Below are positions 56,619 to 64,000 of a DNA stretch of 64,000 nucleotides, in pieces. The DNA lies in contig CAVXIN010000005.1 in NCBI GenBank assembly GCA_963761885.1, positions 55,734 to 119,733 of the forward strand. The letters are read 5' to 3'. The position numbers and the translations under genes were made by a program. Each line of letters opens with the position of its first letter. The first letter of the stretch is position 1. The notes below the pieces were generated by a model. It was given only the letters and a program-made list of their open reading frames with translations. It was not told where the DNA came from and ran no database searches. This DNA is from an uncultured Gemmatimonadales bacterium (GTDB lineage: Bacteria > Gemmatimonadota > Gemmatimonadetes > Gemmatimonadales > GWC2-71-9).

Positions 56619-57281
56619 CTAGCGGAAGCCGAATTCACCGAGCAGCGGCACGAAACGGACATCGGCCACGGTGCTGGTCTGCAGCGCGCCGCCTTCGCGT
56701 CGCACCAGCGTGAGCGTCTGGGCATTCCGGTCGCCCAGGGGAATCACCATCCGGCCGGTCGGGCCCATCTGCTCGACCAGCGGCGCGGGAACCTCGGGAG
56801 ATGCCGCGGCGACCAGGATGGCATCGTAGGGGGCGAACGGCCTCCACCCGAGAGTGCCGTCGCCCACCAGCACGGTGACGTTGCGGATGCCCGACGACTC
56901 CAGCGCCTCACGCGCCCGGTGGGCCAGTGCCGGGATCCGCTCGACGCTGAACACCGCGTCACAGAGCAGCGCCAGCAGCGCCGTCTGATACCCCGACCCG
57001 GTGCCGATCTCCAGCACCCGCTCCCGGCCGGTGAGGCCCAGCAGCTCCAGATAGCGCGCCTGCACCCACGGCTGGGAGATGGTCTGGCTGCTCCCGATCG
57101 GGAGCGCCGCATCGTCGTAGGCCCGGTGCCTCACGCTCTCGGGCACAAAAAGATGACGCGGCACCATCTGGACCGCGCGCAGCACCGCGAGGTCGCGGAT
57201 ACCCTTCTGCCGCAGGGTCTCGACGAGCTGGCTGCGGTATCCACCGTAGCCGTCGCCCTCCCCTACCCCTCCAGCGACCAT
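56619..57281 (-). CDS. pcm: protein-L-isoaspartate O-methyltransferase
   Basis: ..[31 protein letters not shown]... I prefer the start MVAGG (57281), which overlaps the surE stop, to the longer track ORF. Confidence 0.85.
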   Translation of the reverse strand: MVAGGVGEGDGYGGYRSQLVETLRQKGIRDLAVLRAVQMVPRHLFVPESVRHRAYDDAALPIGSSQTISQPWVQARYLELLGLTGRERVLEIGTGSGYQTALLALLCDAVFSVERIPALAHRAREALESSGIRNVTVLVGDGTLGWRPFAPYDAILVAAASPEVPAPLVEQMGPTGRMVIPLGDRNAQTLTLVRREGGALQTSTVADVRFVPLLGEFGFR

Positions 57282-58012
57282 CCGCGTACGGTCTCGAGCA
57301 GCGAGTAGTTGGTGAGATCCATGTGGAGCGGTGTCACCGAGATGAATCCTTCGGCCACCGCGAGGTGATCCGAGTTCTCGGTGCCGGTCCAGGTGATCGT
57401 GCCGCCGCCGATCCAGTAGATCTCCCGGCCCCACGGATCCTTCATCCGGGTGAGCGACTCGGAGAAGAATCGGCTGCCCAGCTTGGTCACCTGGATGCCG
57501 CGCACCTCGGAGGCGGGGATCTTCGGCAGATTGATGTTGAGCAGCGTCTGCTCCGGGAAATCAGGCACGCTCACCACGCGGCGCACCAGCTGAATCAGCA
57601 GGTCCTTGTACGTCTCCATGGTCTCGGGATGATTGCCCGAGAACGAGATGCCGATCCCCGGCACACCGAGAGTCACCGCCTCCATAGCGGCGGCCACGGT
57701 GCCGGAATAGAGCACGTCCTCGCCCATGTTCGGCCCGTGGTTCACCCCGGAGAAGACGAAGTCGGGCCGCTCGGTCATCAGCGCCTGGATGGCCAGCATG
57801 GCGCAGTCGGTCGGGGTGCCGTCGATCTGCCAGGCCCCATCGGGCCGCCGCGCGGGACGCAACGGCCGGTGCAGCGTCAACGAGTGCGAGGTTCCGCTCT
57901 GCTCCCGGTCCGGCGCCACCACCGTGACATCGCCGACCTCGCGGCAAACCTCGGCCAGCAGGGCCAGACCGGGCGCGAGGATGCCGTCGTCGTTGGTGAC
58001 GAGAATGTTCAT
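57263..58012 (-). CDS. surE: 5'/3'-nucleotidase SurE
   Basis: MNILVTNDDGILAPGL..SGVNHGPNMGEDVLYSGTVAAAME..; 249 aa. Confidence 0.9.
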   Translation of the reverse strand: MNILVTNDDGILAPGLALLAEVCREVGDVTVVAPDREQSGTSHSLTLHRPLRPARRPDGAWQIDGTPTDCAMLAIQALMTERPDFVFSGVNHGPNMGEDVLYSGTVAAAMEAVTLGVPGIGISFSGNHPETMETYKDLLIQLVRRVVSVPDFPEQTLLNINLPKIPASEVRGIQVTKLGSRFFSESLTRMKDPWGREIYWIGGGTITWTGTENSDHLAVAEGFISVTPLHMDLTNYSLLETVRGWSLEG

Positions 58013-58039
58013 GGGGGAACAAGATAGCGGAGGGGAAGC

Positions 58040-58471
58040 CTATCGGCCCGACTTGCCGCCTCGCGGTGTCGCCGGCGCGGCCGCCACAGGTGGCGCCCCC
58101 GAGGTGGGCGGCACTTTGCCGTCGAGGATGGCGATGATCGTGTCCACCGCGGCCCTGGCCTCGCCCGCCACCTCCGCCTCGAACGCCTTCCGCGCGCTGG
58201 CCTTGAGCTCACCCGTGCGGCGTTGCTGGTCGATGCGCTGCCGGGCGCCGTCGATGGTGAATTTCTCGGTGTAGAGCAGATGCTTCACCAGCATGATCAG
58301 CTCGACCTCCCGGCTCTTGTAGACCCGGTTGCCCGACCGATTCTTCGCCGGATTGAGAAAGCGGAACTGACTCTCCCAGTAGCGGAGCACGTGGGGCTTG
58401 AGGTCGGTCAGCGAGCACACCTCGCCGATCGAATAGAACTCCTGCACCTGACGGGTGGTGCTCATCGCCAT
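58040..58471 (-). CDS. MerR-family transcriptional regulator
   Basis: MAMSTTRQVQEFYSIGEVCSLTDLKPHVLRYWESQFRFLNPAKNRSGNRVY (winged HTH), then a coiled-coil; 143 aa. Only the 3' third of the 452-codon track ORF. Confidence 0.75.
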   Translation of the reverse strand: MAMSTTRQVQEFYSIGEVCSLTDLKPHVLRYWESQFRFLNPAKNRSGNRVYKSREVELIMLVKHLLYTEKFTIDGARQRIDQQRRTGELKASARKAFEAEVAGEARAAVDTIIAILDGKVPPTSGAPPVAAAPATPRGGKSGR

Positions 58472-59460
58472 TGCTCCGCCTTGAGCTCTCGGCTCATCAG
58501 CTCGGTGATCGCATCGCGGGGAGGCTTGTCGTCGAACAGCACGGCGCAGACCTGCTCGGTGATGGGCAGCTCGATGCCGAGTCGCCGCCCCAGCGCCGCG
58601 CCGGCGAGCGACGTATTCGCGCCCTCGGCCACGCTGCGGTGGCTGGCCCGATAGTCCTCGAAACGCTGTCCTTCGGCCATCGCTACGCCGAGCGCGCGGT
58701 TGCGGCTCAGGCTGCCGGTGGTGGTGAGCACCAGGTCGCCCATCCCGGCGAGACCGGCGAAGGTGAGCGGGTCCGCGCCCATCGCCACGCCGAGGCGGGT
58801 GATCTCCGCGAGACCGCGGGTGATCAGCGCCGCCCGCGGGTTGTGGCCGAGGCCGAGCCCTTCGGCAATCCCGGCCGCGACCGCGATCACGTTCTTGAGC
58901 GCGCCGGCCAGCTCCACTCCGATCACGTCGAGGTTGCTGTAGACCCGGAAGGTGGCGGTCGCGAAGACCCCCTGCACCGCACGAGCCGTCTCGATGTCTC
59001 CTGCCGCCGCGACCACCGCGGTGGGTTGGCCCTGGCACACCTCGGCCGCGAAGCTCGGCCCCGACAGCGCCGCGAAGCGGACCGAAGGCAGGCACTCGGC
59101 GAAGACCTGCGACATGAGCGCCAGGGTGTCGGTCTCGATCCCCTTGGTGGCGCTCACGACCAGCGTGTCCGTCCGGACGGCGCCCACCAGGCCCCGCACT
59201 ACCGAGCGGACCGCATGGCTGGGCGGAGCGGAGACGATGACCTCGGCGCCGGCCACGGCCTCGCGCGCGTCGCCAAGGGCCCGGACCCGGGCCGACAGCG
59301 GCACGCCGGGGAGGAAGAGCACGTTCTCCCGATCCCGGTTGACGGACTCGACCACGTCCGCCTCGTACGCCCAGAGGCGCACCTCGTGTCCCTTGCACCC
59401 GAGCAGATTGGCGAGCGTGGTGCCCCAGCTCCCCGCCCCCAGCACCGCGATCGCGGTCAC
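58462..59460 (-). CDS. gpsA: NAD(P)H-dependent glycerol-3-phosphate dehydrogenase
   Basis: VTAIAVLGAGSWGTTLA..SATKGIE..GALKNVIAVAAG... The GTG start overlaps the plsY stop (GTGA). Confidence 0.9.
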   Translation of the reverse strand: MTAIAVLGAGSWGTTLANLLGCKGHEVRLWAYEADVVESVNRDRENVLFLPGVPLSARVRALGDAREAVAGAEVIVSAPPSHAVRSVVRGLVGAVRTDTLVVSATKGIETDTLALMSQVFAECLPSVRFAALSGPSFAAEVCQGQPTAVVAAAGDIETARAVQGVFATATFRVYSNLDVIGVELAGALKNVIAVAAGIAEGLGLGHNPRAALITRGLAEITRLGVAMGADPLTFAGLAGMGDLVLTTTGSLSRNRALGVAMAEGQRFEDYRASHRSVAEGANTSLAGAALGRRLGIELPITEQVCAVLFDDKPPRDAITELMSRELKAEQWR

Positions 59461-60080
59461 GGCTGCGCCCGAGATGCCGCGCGGCGCCCGAAACGAGTCT
59501 CCGTTCCGTTGAGCAGACGCCGGATGTTGGCGCGATGGAACCAGATGATCGCCGCGGCTACCAGCGCGTCGAGCCAGAGGATCTCGGGATGGTCGAGCCG
59601 CTCCAGCAAGCGCACCGCCAGCGGCAGGATCGCGGCGGCGGTGATGCTCGCGAGGGAGACGTAGCCCGTCAGCGTGAGCACGGCGACCCAGGCCGCCGCC
59701 GCGATGCCCAGGGCGAGCGGCGTAAGTCCGAGCATGACACCCGCGGCCGTGGCCACACCCTTGCCTCCACGGAAGCGCACGAACACCGAGAACACGTGGC
59801 CGAGGATGGCGGCGATCCCGCAGGCCAGCGCGAAGAGCTGGGAATCGCTGGCGCGAGGCGCGAAGACGAGCACGGGCACGGCGCCCTTGGCGATGTCCAC
59901 CAGCGCGACCGGAATCGCGTACCGCCAGCCGAGCGTGCGGTAGACGTTGGTGGCGCCGAGATTCTTGCTGCCGTGTTCGCGGAGATCGATGCCTCGAAAC
60001 AGCCGCCCGGCGAGGTAGCTGGTCGGAATCGCTCCCAGGAGGTAGGAGAGAGCGATCCAGACGGCCGCCGTCGCGTTCAC
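59457..60080 (-). CDS. plsY: glycerol-3-phosphate acyltransferase PlsY
   Basis: ..LLGAIPTSYL..HGSKNLGATNVYR..FRGGKGVATAAG... I place the start at GTG 60080, which overlaps the der stop. Confidence 0.85.
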   Translation of the reverse strand: MNATAAVWIALSYLLGAIPTSYLAGRLFRGIDLREHGSKNLGATNVYRTLGWRYAIPVALVDIAKGAVPVLVFAPRASDSQLFALACGIAAILGHVFSVFVRFRGGKGVATAAGVMLGLTPLALGIAAAAWVAVLTLTGYVSLASITAAAILPLAVRLLERLDHPEILWLDALVAAAIIWFHRANIRRLLNGTETRFGRRAASRAQP

Positions 60081-61399
60081 CGCTTCGCGCCTCGGCTGGT
60101 GAACTTGAGCCGCAGCGGCGAGCCCGGGAACGGCCACACCTCGCGAAACCCGTTGCTGAGGTACCGCTGGTAGGACTCGGGCACGTCATCCGGGCGGTTG
60201 CTGACGATCGCGAAGGTGGGCGGAGCGGTGCCGATCTGCGAGGCGTAGAGCAGCTTGACTTCCTCGCCCGGCTTCTGCGGCGGCGCGCTCCGCTCCAGCA
60301 GCGAGTTCAACACCCGATTGACTTCGGCCGTGGGAATGCGCTGGTCCCGCGCGTCGGCGACCTCGAGGATATGGTCGAGCACCTTCCGCGCCCGTTGTCC
60401 GGTGAGGGCCGAGAGATAGAGGAAGGGTACGTGTCGGAGAAACGGGGCCTTGGCGATGAGCTCCTCCTGACCGCGGTGCGCCGTGTTCGCGTCCTTCTCC
60501 TCGACCAGATCCCACTTGTTGACCGCGATGACGAGGCCGCACCCGCGGTCCCACGCTTCGGTGGCGATCCGGAGATCCTGGTTGTGCAGTCCCAGCGTCG
60601 CATCCACCACCAGCACGCAGACCTCGGCGCGCTCGACCGCCCGCTCGGTGCGCAGCGTGGAATAGAACTCCAGATCATCCTGTACTTTAGCCTTGCGTCG
60701 TAACCCCGCTGTATCAATGAAGTTGAGATTCTTGCCCTGATAGCGCAAGAGGGAATCGATCGCGTCGCGCGTGGTGCCGGCCTCGGGCGCGACCACGTGG
60801 CGCTCTTCGCCGAGCAGCTTGTTCACCAGCGAGGACTTCCCCGCGTTGGGCCGGCCGACCACCGCGACGCCGATGGTGTCCTCGGATTCCGCCGGGTCGT
60901 AGGGCGGCAGCAACGCCACCACCGCGTCGAGCAGGTCGCCGCTTCCCTTCCCGATGGCCGCGCTCACGCCGATCGGCTCCCCGAACCCCAGCTCGTAGAA
61001 GTCGAGCTGCGCCGTGCTGCGCTCCAGGTCATCGAGCTTGTTCACCGCGAGGACCACCGGCGATCCGGCTCGCCGGAGCCGCTCGGTGATCGCCTGATCC
61101 ACCGGCTGCACGCCCTCCTTGCCGTCCACCAGAAAGAGCACCACATCCGACTCCGCCAGCGCGAACTCCACCTGCTGGCGAATGGCGCGATCCATCGAGT
61201 CACTCGACTCCGGCACCAGTCCGCCGGTGTCGACCAGCCAGAAGCGCCGCCCCTGCCACTCCGCGTCGCCGAAGTGTCGGTCGCGCGTGGTGCCCGGCCG
61301 GTCGGATACGATCGCCGGCCGCCCGCCCAGGATGCGATTGAACAGCGTGGACTTCCCGACGTTGGGGCGCCCGACGATGGCCACGGTCGGCTTGCTCAC
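60077..61399 (-). CDS. der: ribosome-biogenesis GTPase Der (EngA)
   Basis: Two G domains (GRPNVGKSTLFN..DTGG; GRPNAGKSSLVN..DTAG) plus a KH-like C-terminus; 440 aa. Confidence 0.95.
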   Translation of the reverse strand: MSKPTVAIVGRPNVGKSTLFNRILGGRPAIVSDRPGTTRDRHFGDAEWQGRRFWLVDTGGLVPESSDSMDRAIRQQVEFALAESDVVLFLVDGKEGVQPVDQAITERLRRAGSPVVLAVNKLDDLERSTAQLDFYELGFGEPIGVSAAIGKGSGDLLDAVVALLPPYDPAESEDTIGVAVVGRPNAGKSSLVNKLLGEERHVVAPEAGTTRDAIDSLLRYQGKNLNFIDTAGLRRKAKVQDDLEFYSTLRTERAVERAEVCVLVVDATLGLHNQDLRIATEAWDRGCGLVIAVNKWDLVEEKDANTAHRGQEELIAKAPFLRHVPFLYLSALTGQRARKVLDHILEVADARDQRIPTAEVNRVLNSLLERSAPPQKPGEEVKLLYASQIGTAPPTFAIVSNRPDDVPESYQRYLSNGFREVWPFPGSPLRLKFTSRGAKR

Positions 61400-62673
61400 G
61401 CGGCCACCCCCAGGTCCAGCGCGTCGGCGAAGTCCTTGCTGAAGCGAATCTCCATCGGCGAAGCCACGGCCAGCAGCTCCGCGCTCATCCCGTCGATGAA
61501 GAGCCCGTCGTCGTTCACCGACTCGCCGGGCAACAGCGCCAGGTCGAGATCGCTGCGGCCGCGGAGCGCCTCCTGCACCGCCGTCCCCGGCAGCAGGCCG
61601 GCGGTCGTGACCGACGCGCCGAACACCGTGTTGACCACGGGAAGCAGCTCGAAGTGCGCACCGGTCACCCGCGCCAGCGGCTCCAGCACCATGGGCATCA
61701 GACGCCCCATGGCGGTGCCCGTGACGACACCGACCTTACGGCCCTCCCAGCCCCTGATCGCCTCCGCGCGCGACTCGATCCTCCGCTGCAGCCAGCGGAC
61801 CGATCCGACGCCATTCTCCACCTGATCGAATCCGTCGTAGATCTCCGCGGGCGGCAGGTCGAGCTCCGCGCGGAGATAGAGCTCATCCGCACCGAAGGCC
61901 CAGTGACCGCCCCGCTCCGCCAGTGCAATCGCGCCGCGCTCCTCGACCAGCGCGACCGCGGCGCGGCATTCCGCCGCCGTCGGCTCCCGGACCAGATGGT
62001 GCTTGCTGTACTCCGTGAGACCCACCGGCACCACCGAGCAGCCCAGGATCGACGGCCCGAATTCATACAGCTCGCGCAGGGTCTGCCGGAGCACGTCCCC
62101 GTCGTTCACGCCGGGCGACATGACCACCTGGGTGTGGAACTCGATGCCGTGCTCAGCGAACCGGCGGAGCTGAGGCAGGATGTCGGGGGCGGTGGGATTG
62201 CGCAGCAGGTAGCGGCGCACCGTCGGATCGGTGGCGTGCACCGACACGTAGAGCGGCGACAGCCGATACTCGATGATGCGCTCGGCGTCTCGTTCCTTGA
62301 GGTTCGTCAGCGTCGCGAAGTTGCCGTAGCGGAAGGAAAGTCTGTAGTCGTCGTCGCGGATGTAGAGGACGTCGCGCAGACCGTCGGGCAGGCCGTCCAC
62401 GAAACAGAAGTCACATCGGTTGGCGCAGCGGCGGATGCGGGCGGGCTCCAGCGAGAGGCCCATCGGCTCGTTGAGGGGACGCTCGATGTCGAACTCGATC
62501 TCTTCGCCGTCCGGCTGGCGCACGTGCAGCACGATCTGCTCGTCCGCCGAGAGAAATTCCCAGTCGAGAAAGTCCTCGAGCTCGCGGCCGTTCACCGACA
62601 GCAGCTCGGTCCCGGCGCGGAGCCCGAGCTCCTGGGCGATCGAATCCGGCTGTACCGCGGTGACCCTGATCAT
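61396..62673 (-). CDS. DUF512 protein (N-terminal PDZ-like domain plus radical-SAM-like Cys cluster)
   Basis: ..AQELGLRAGTELLSVNG.. (PDZ-like), ..CANRCDFCFVDG.., ..YVSVHATDP..; 425 aa. It sits in the usual position upstream of der. Confidence 0.7.
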   Translation of the reverse strand: MIRVTAVQPDSIAQELGLRAGTELLSVNGRELEDFLDWEFLSADEQIVLHVRQPDGEEIEFDIERPLNEPMGLSLEPARIRRCANRCDFCFVDGLPDGLRDVLYIRDDDYRLSFRYGNFATLTNLKERDAERIIEYRLSPLYVSVHATDPTVRRYLLRNPTAPDILPQLRRFAEHGIEFHTQVVMSPGVNDGDVLRQTLRELYEFGPSILGCSVVPVGLTEYSKHHLVREPTAAECRAAVALVEERGAIALAERGGHWAFGADELYLRAELDLPPAEIYDGFDQVENGVGSVRWLQRRIESRAEAIRGWEGRKVGVVTGTAMGRLMPMVLEPLARVTGAHFELLPVVNTVFGASVTTAGLLPGTAVQEALRGRSDLDLALLPGESVNDDGLFIDGMSAELLAVASPMEIRFSKDFADALDLGVAA

Positions 62674-62786
62674 GCGTCCTCGTTCCGGCGTCGTCTCTGA
62701 TTTCCTGGCCGGCGGGGAAGATCGCCCCTTAGAACGCTAAATTCAAGATCGGCGGACACTTCAGGTCGAAGGTCGAAAGTACCTTC

Positions 62787-64000
62787 TCAGGTCCGGTCGC
62801 CTCCGCCCGCCCGTCGGTAGCCGCCGTCCGACCCCAGCTCCCAGGCGGCGGGGTCGGCGAGCTCCCTGGTGAGCATGTCGTCCAGCGTCGCGCGAGCCTG
62901 GGGATCGCTCACGGGCGCCACGACCTCGACGCGCACGCGGAGGTTCCGCGGGCGCCAATCGGCGGACCCGATCCAGAACTCGTCCTCCCCGCCATTCCCG
63001 AACTGGTAGATGCGCGCGTGCTCCAGGTAGCGGCCGAGCCGGCTCACTACCCGGATGCGCTCGGAATGACCGGGAACGCCGGGCCTCAGGGTGCAGAGTC
63101 CGCGCACGACGAGCTCGACTGTCACACCGGCGCGTGACGCCCGGTAGAGCGCCTGGATGACCTCGGTGTCGGCCAGCCCGTTCAGTTTCGCCCGGATGCG
63201 TCCGGGCCGTCCGGCACCGGCGTGCTCGATCTCACGCTCGATCCGGCCGAGCACCCACGGCAGCAGGCCCTCGGGAGCGACGGCGATCCGCCGGAAGGAT
63301 CCGGCCGGAGCACGGCTGGAGCCGGTGAGCTGATTGAAGAGGTCGTGCACGTCGGCGCCGAGATCCGGATCGGCGGAGAAGAGCGAGAGATCGGTGTAGA
63401 CCTTGGCCGTCGCGGCGTTGTAGTTGCCGGTGCCGATGTGGACGTACCGGCGGAGCCCATCCTCCTCCCTCCGCAACACGAGGCCCACCTTCGCGTGGTT
63501 CTTGAGCCCCACCACACCGTAGACCACCGTGGCGCCGGCTTCCTCGAGCCGGCGAACCCAGCCGACGTTGCGGGTCTCGTCGAAGCGGGCCTTGAGCTCG
63601 ACGAACAGCGCCACCTCCTTTTTCCGATCGAGGGCGCGCGTAAGCGCCTCGACGATCGGGGAGCGCTCCCCCACCCGGTACAGCGTCACCCGAATGGCCA
63701 CCACCGCCGGATCATCCGCCGCGTCCGAGAAGAAGCGAGCTGTGGTGTCGGCGAAGCGCTCGTACGGATGGTAGACCAGCACGTCGCGCTGGCGGAGCGC
63801 GCTCCAGATCTCCCGGTCCGGCGGCCATGGATTTCGGCCTTCGAACGGCGGATACCTCCCCCCCGGGACCGGCGCCCCCATGAGCTCGCGCAGCGCGCGC
63901 AGATCCAGCATCCCGTCGATCTCGACCAGATCCTGCTCCCGCACGGCGCGAGCGTCCGCGCCCCGCTCGAAGCGCAGCTCCCAGAGGAGGCGCTCCCGGA
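62787..64000 (-). CDS. ppk: polyphosphate kinase 1, C-terminal part (5' end outside window)
   Basis: ..VYGVVGLKNHAKVGLV..HIGTGNYN.. and ..GRYLEHARIY..GSADWRPRN (two PLD-like HKD-type domains). The frame is open to the window edge. Confidence 0.9.
   Translation of the reverse strand, partial: RERLLWELRFERGADARAVREQDLVEIDGMLDLRALRELMGAPVPGGRYPPFEGRNPWPPDREIWSALRQRDVLVYHPYERFADTTARFFSDAADDPAVVAIRVTLYRVGERSPIVEALTRALDRKKEVALFVELKARFDETRNVGWVRRLEEAGATVVYGVVGLKNHAKVGLVLRREEDGLRRYVHIGTGNYNAATAKVYTDLSLFSADPDLGADVHDLFNQLTGSSRAPAGSFRRIAVAPEGLLPWVLGRIEREIEHAGAGRPGRIRAKLNGLADTEVIQALYRASRAGVTVELVVRGLCTLRPGVPGHSERIRVVSRLGRYLEHARIYQFGNGGEDEFWIGSADWRPRNLRVRVEVVAPVSDPQARATLDDMLTRELADPAAWELGSDGGYRRAGGGDRT

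Noticed and set aside
58040-60189. The long N-terminal extensions of track ORFs 58040-59398 (452 aa) and 58462-60189 (575 aa).
   Set aside because: Only the C-terminal 143 aa (MerR regulator from ATG 58471) and 333 aa (GpsA from GTG 59460) show family motifs. The upstream parts are out-of-frame overlaps with gpsA and plsY.
62674-62786. Possible promoter or repeat (GTCGAAG GTCGAAAG; TTGAAT) in the gap between ppk and the DUF512 gene.
   Set aside because: On the minus strand, TTGAAT is not followed by a convincing -10 hexamer at 16-18 nt. The short direct repeat is only two imperfect heptamers. This is not enough to call a feature.

Overview
This is a high-GC bacterial chromosomal window (third codon positions are almost always G/C). 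It consists almost entirely of housekeeping operons from a diderm organism, as shown by Kdo/Lpt lipopolysaccharide genes and an RND efflux system with an outer-membrane factor. Gene order on the plus strand: nuoG(3' end)-H-I-J-K-L-M-N; phosphomannomutase/phosphoglucomutase; a large UPF0182-like membrane protein; carbamate kinase-sucC-sucD; ndk; yceD-rpmF-plsX-fabH-fabD-fabG-acpP-fabF; futalosine menaquinone genes mqnE-mqnA-mqnC followed by ispF; a DedA/TerB-like fusion; xerD; and a czcCBA-like heavy-metal RND system with a translationally coupled secreted formamidase-family protein. A minus-strand ABC-exporter pair follows. The plus strand then carries an orphan membrane-anchored protein, a TrpG/PabA amidotransferase, kdsB-pyrG-kdsA-kdsC-kdsD-lptC-lptA-lptB-rpoN, a five-gene polyprenyl-phosphate-sugar / GT-C glycosylation cluster, and dapF. 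The window ends with a minus-strand run: TPR membrane protein, tRNA-Arg(CCT), apt, acyP, dedA, pcm, surE, a MerR regulator, gpsA, plsY, der, a DUF512 PDZ/radical-SAM-like protein, and the 3' part of ppk1. I saw no prophage, transposase, CRISPR array, toxin-antitoxin pair or recognisable defence system, and I did not find a convincing novel multi-gene system. Four things stand out. (1) There are two copies of a ~100-130 bp hairpin element built from inverted arrays of the octamer GGCGGACG. Each sits exactly on what was an overlapping stop/start junction inside an operon. One is flanked by a CATGAGA(G) target-site-like duplication; the other separates a lipoprotein signal peptide from its original GTG start. 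(2) There is a very large number of single-base reading-frame breaks: dozens in nuoL/M/N and sporadic ones in about 12 other plus-strand genes, several at G/C homopolymers. I think these are mostly consensus errors, and they limit the accuracy of CDS coordinates. (3) LptB carries a 140-codon N-terminal extension of unknown function. (4) A glycosylation cluster is coupled to the 3' end of rpoN. The taxonomic impression (Gemmatimonadota-like) is only an impression. All family calls come from motif recognition by eye, not from database searches.
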